A stretch of DNA of 48,929 nucleotides, the filler included, from Sphacelaria rigidula (lineage: Eukaryota), in assembly GCA_964200075.2 (NCBI GenBank). It is 3 parts of 3 records of this genome, joined end to end, with 100 filler letters (N's around TTAATTAATTAA, not from the genome) between each part and the next. Parts side by side here need not be neighbours in the genome. Positions count along the whole stretch, not along the records: positions 32,689 to 48,929 come from CAXNAA020001431.1; 2 more parts are not named here. One strand, given 5' to 3'. A program made the translations under genes and the position numbers. This document shows positions 46,564-48,929 of this stretch, piece after piece; position 1 is the stretch's first letter; each line of letters begins with the position of its first letter. Under the pieces are notes generated by a model. It was not told the origin of the DNA. It was given only the letters and a program-made list of their open reading frames with translations, and made no database searches.

Positions 46564-48929
46564 CTGGGCGGAGTGCGGTGGGTGGGAATTGAGCAGACCG
46601 ATTAGTAGACCATGCTATACTCTCAACAATGTGGTGCTACTGACGGGTTCCGCCTTCGCACGATTCAAGATGCTTAGCCAACACCAACCAAGACCGCCCA
46701 CATCAATTCATGCTCTCAATGAGCAGGAAATTATCTACACATGGACTATTTTTGACATGCGTGGTGGGGTACGCGATACGAGCGAGGGAAACAAGTTGAT
46801 CAAACCTGGAACAACATTCTGAACCGGTTCGTGGCAAGAGTTGCGGTGTATCAAATGTTGAGGGTTTTTATGATCGAGGGGTCAGCTTCCAGCTTCATAG
46901 AGGAATAGAATATGCGGCGGGACTTGTGGTCATTAGACCATTCTAGGAAGTTCAAGTGAGTCAGTATTATTACGATATTTTTTCATTTTTCCCACGCCTA
47001 TCGACCCTTGAACCATGATTATCGACTCGTAGGGCTAAATTCGGAAAATTATGATGACTTGAAGTCGACTGCTTCGACTGGATCCGGAAATTGACAAGGA
47101 CTCAGAGTCGACTCCCACGACTCAAAATAGTGGTCGATAGACATGTTAAAACTTCCATTTCTTTGAAAGGTCAACCGTGCTTCGTGTCAAAACATGGTCA
47201 GCACACCCCACGCGTTAGCATGGGCTCATCATAGGCTATGCGCGAGCTGCGCGATACTTCAAAACGGTAAAACCTACCCATGTTGAACCCATAAGCTTCA
47301 ATGTTTCAAGGATCCCTCTCATTGGTGTGGGCAGGAATTTTGAGCGCTGTCGTCATTGAACATAAGGTCGTATCATACCGAGAACGATTTATCGTTTTTT
47401 AAATCTGTTCGCAAGAGAGATTTGTGCCCACAGCGACCAGTTCGAACCATATCGAAACGCTGTTTGATGTCAAAGTCGAAGCCCAGATTTGCGTGTAGAT
47501 TCAAAATCCCGCGGTTCTCGAAAGTCTTTGATCCAACATTTCTATCCTGCTACAAAATAGGCACGACACGGCAAGACAACAGCCTTACATTGAACCCCGA
47601 AGAAGTATGCACAGACTCCCACCCCGCACGCGTATGAGCTCCAGCGCTAATCCTTGCTCATCAAGGCACGGCAGTCTTCGTTTGACAAAAGTACAATCAG
47701 TATTGGAGAAAGGGCAGCCGTGTGCATGCTTTTTGACCGTCGAAAGACGGCTGTTTTTGACCCCTCGTGTGGGTGTTTCGACCGCGCGTATCACACGAAT
47801 CACTGTGTCATTAATCTGTACAGATTTGACCGAAGTTACGCACAGCGTGCTCAGCTGATGAAAGCTACGACTCGAGCTGTGTTTGGCTCGCGGGGACAAT
47901 GCACTCCTCAGGTTCACGTCTGATTGCGTTGGGCTGTGCGTCAACTCTTGCATGAGTCCTTGTCAAAAATATGCATATCTTCCGCTTCGAGCTGAAAACA
48001 AAATGGCTTTTGCGGAAACAAGTTTTGAGGACTTTTTTCGAGGGATGGTATCGCTGCGAATAATCACTGGCCTCTTGGAGGACGTTCTTCGAGGAAATCG
48101 ATGTCGATATGACTAGCAAAAGAGGCTCGTATCCGCAGCGAAAAGGTCCCATGCACAAAGTGACGCATGCCGGTCCAACCTGTCAATCGACGGCCATAGA
48201 ACAGTCAAGAGGACCAGCGAGCGGCCAAAGCGATATGATTACCCACCGAAGACCAACGATAGAGTAAACAACCTCACGAGGGGATGTTACCACTTGCTCA
48301 TATCTTACCCTCAATCTGTAATCTGGTGCATGGTGCATGGGGGATAGCCCGTGACTACTCGGACACGCCTCTTTAATTCGCTCACTCTACGGATAAACAT
48401 ACATGAAAGAACCGAGCATTCAAAGGGCGTGATGGTGGATATCGGTTCTTGCTTTTCCGAAAGGGTCGGACGAATGAATAATGATTTATCTGAAAATCTC
48501 TTGTTTTTGGTGTAATTCATCCGTACCGTACGAATCAATCCTTCGGCTTTGCTTTCAGCTTCGCACCCCAGGTACGTACATCCCAGGCACGTGAAATAGC
48601 GCAATGTTTGCATAATTATTTGTTTCGACCCGTAGTCAATTATATCTCTTTCGATTAATCAGGCCTGAGAAATTGTGAGTTTAGTTATTCGAGCCAGTGA
48701 TGATTAGTCGTACTCTTGTTCTTTGTGCCTTGCTGTCTTGCTCTTGATCAGCAATACATACTCCTTCTCTAATTCTCATACATCCCAAAGGAAACCCACA
48801 CGAGTCGTGGCTCCTGTTTTGCAAAGCACAAATGTCGGTGGATATTCATCGGTAGCTGAGGACCGACGCCCGAATGGGGGTAGGGTGACTCGTGCACAGA
48901 GTCGAGCTAGGGGACATTGTAGGAGGTTT

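Noticed and set aside
46600-48929. Upstream CFAP206 exons or a further gene
   Set aside because: Short ORFs here show no motif I recognise and no convincing phase-consistent exons could be assembled.

Overview
This is eukaryotic DNA, most likely from a brown alga (Phaeophyceae; inferred from intron-rich genes, TTAGGG repeats, abundant tRNA-headed SINEs and a flagellar gene). The window is three probably unlinked scaffolds (1-16245, 16346-32588, 32689-48929; 16245/16243/16241 bp) joined by artificial N44-TTAATTAATTAA-N44 linkers. Scaffold 1 holds an internal 11-exon part of a ferlin-like multi-C2 gene (- strand) with two probable GC-AG introns, and a non-autonomous piggyBac-type element nested in a SINE. 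Scaffold 2 holds an apparently intact, intron-rich Crypton-type tyrosine recombinase gene (- strand; R-K-HxxR-W-Y residues plus a GCR1_C-like C-terminus). It converges on a spliced gene (+ strand) with a C2H2-like finger and a class I SAM-dependent methyltransferase-like domain, and the scaffold ends in TTAGGG repeats. Scaffold 3 holds the 3' part of a KDM5/JARID1-like PLU-1/PHD gene (+) and CFAP206 (-), whose predicted stop codons lie 1 bp apart. A dispersed oligo(C)-tailed repeat with co-varying stems is a candidate undescribed structured RNA element. All gene models were built by hand from splice signals and reading-frame phase; no database searches were run.
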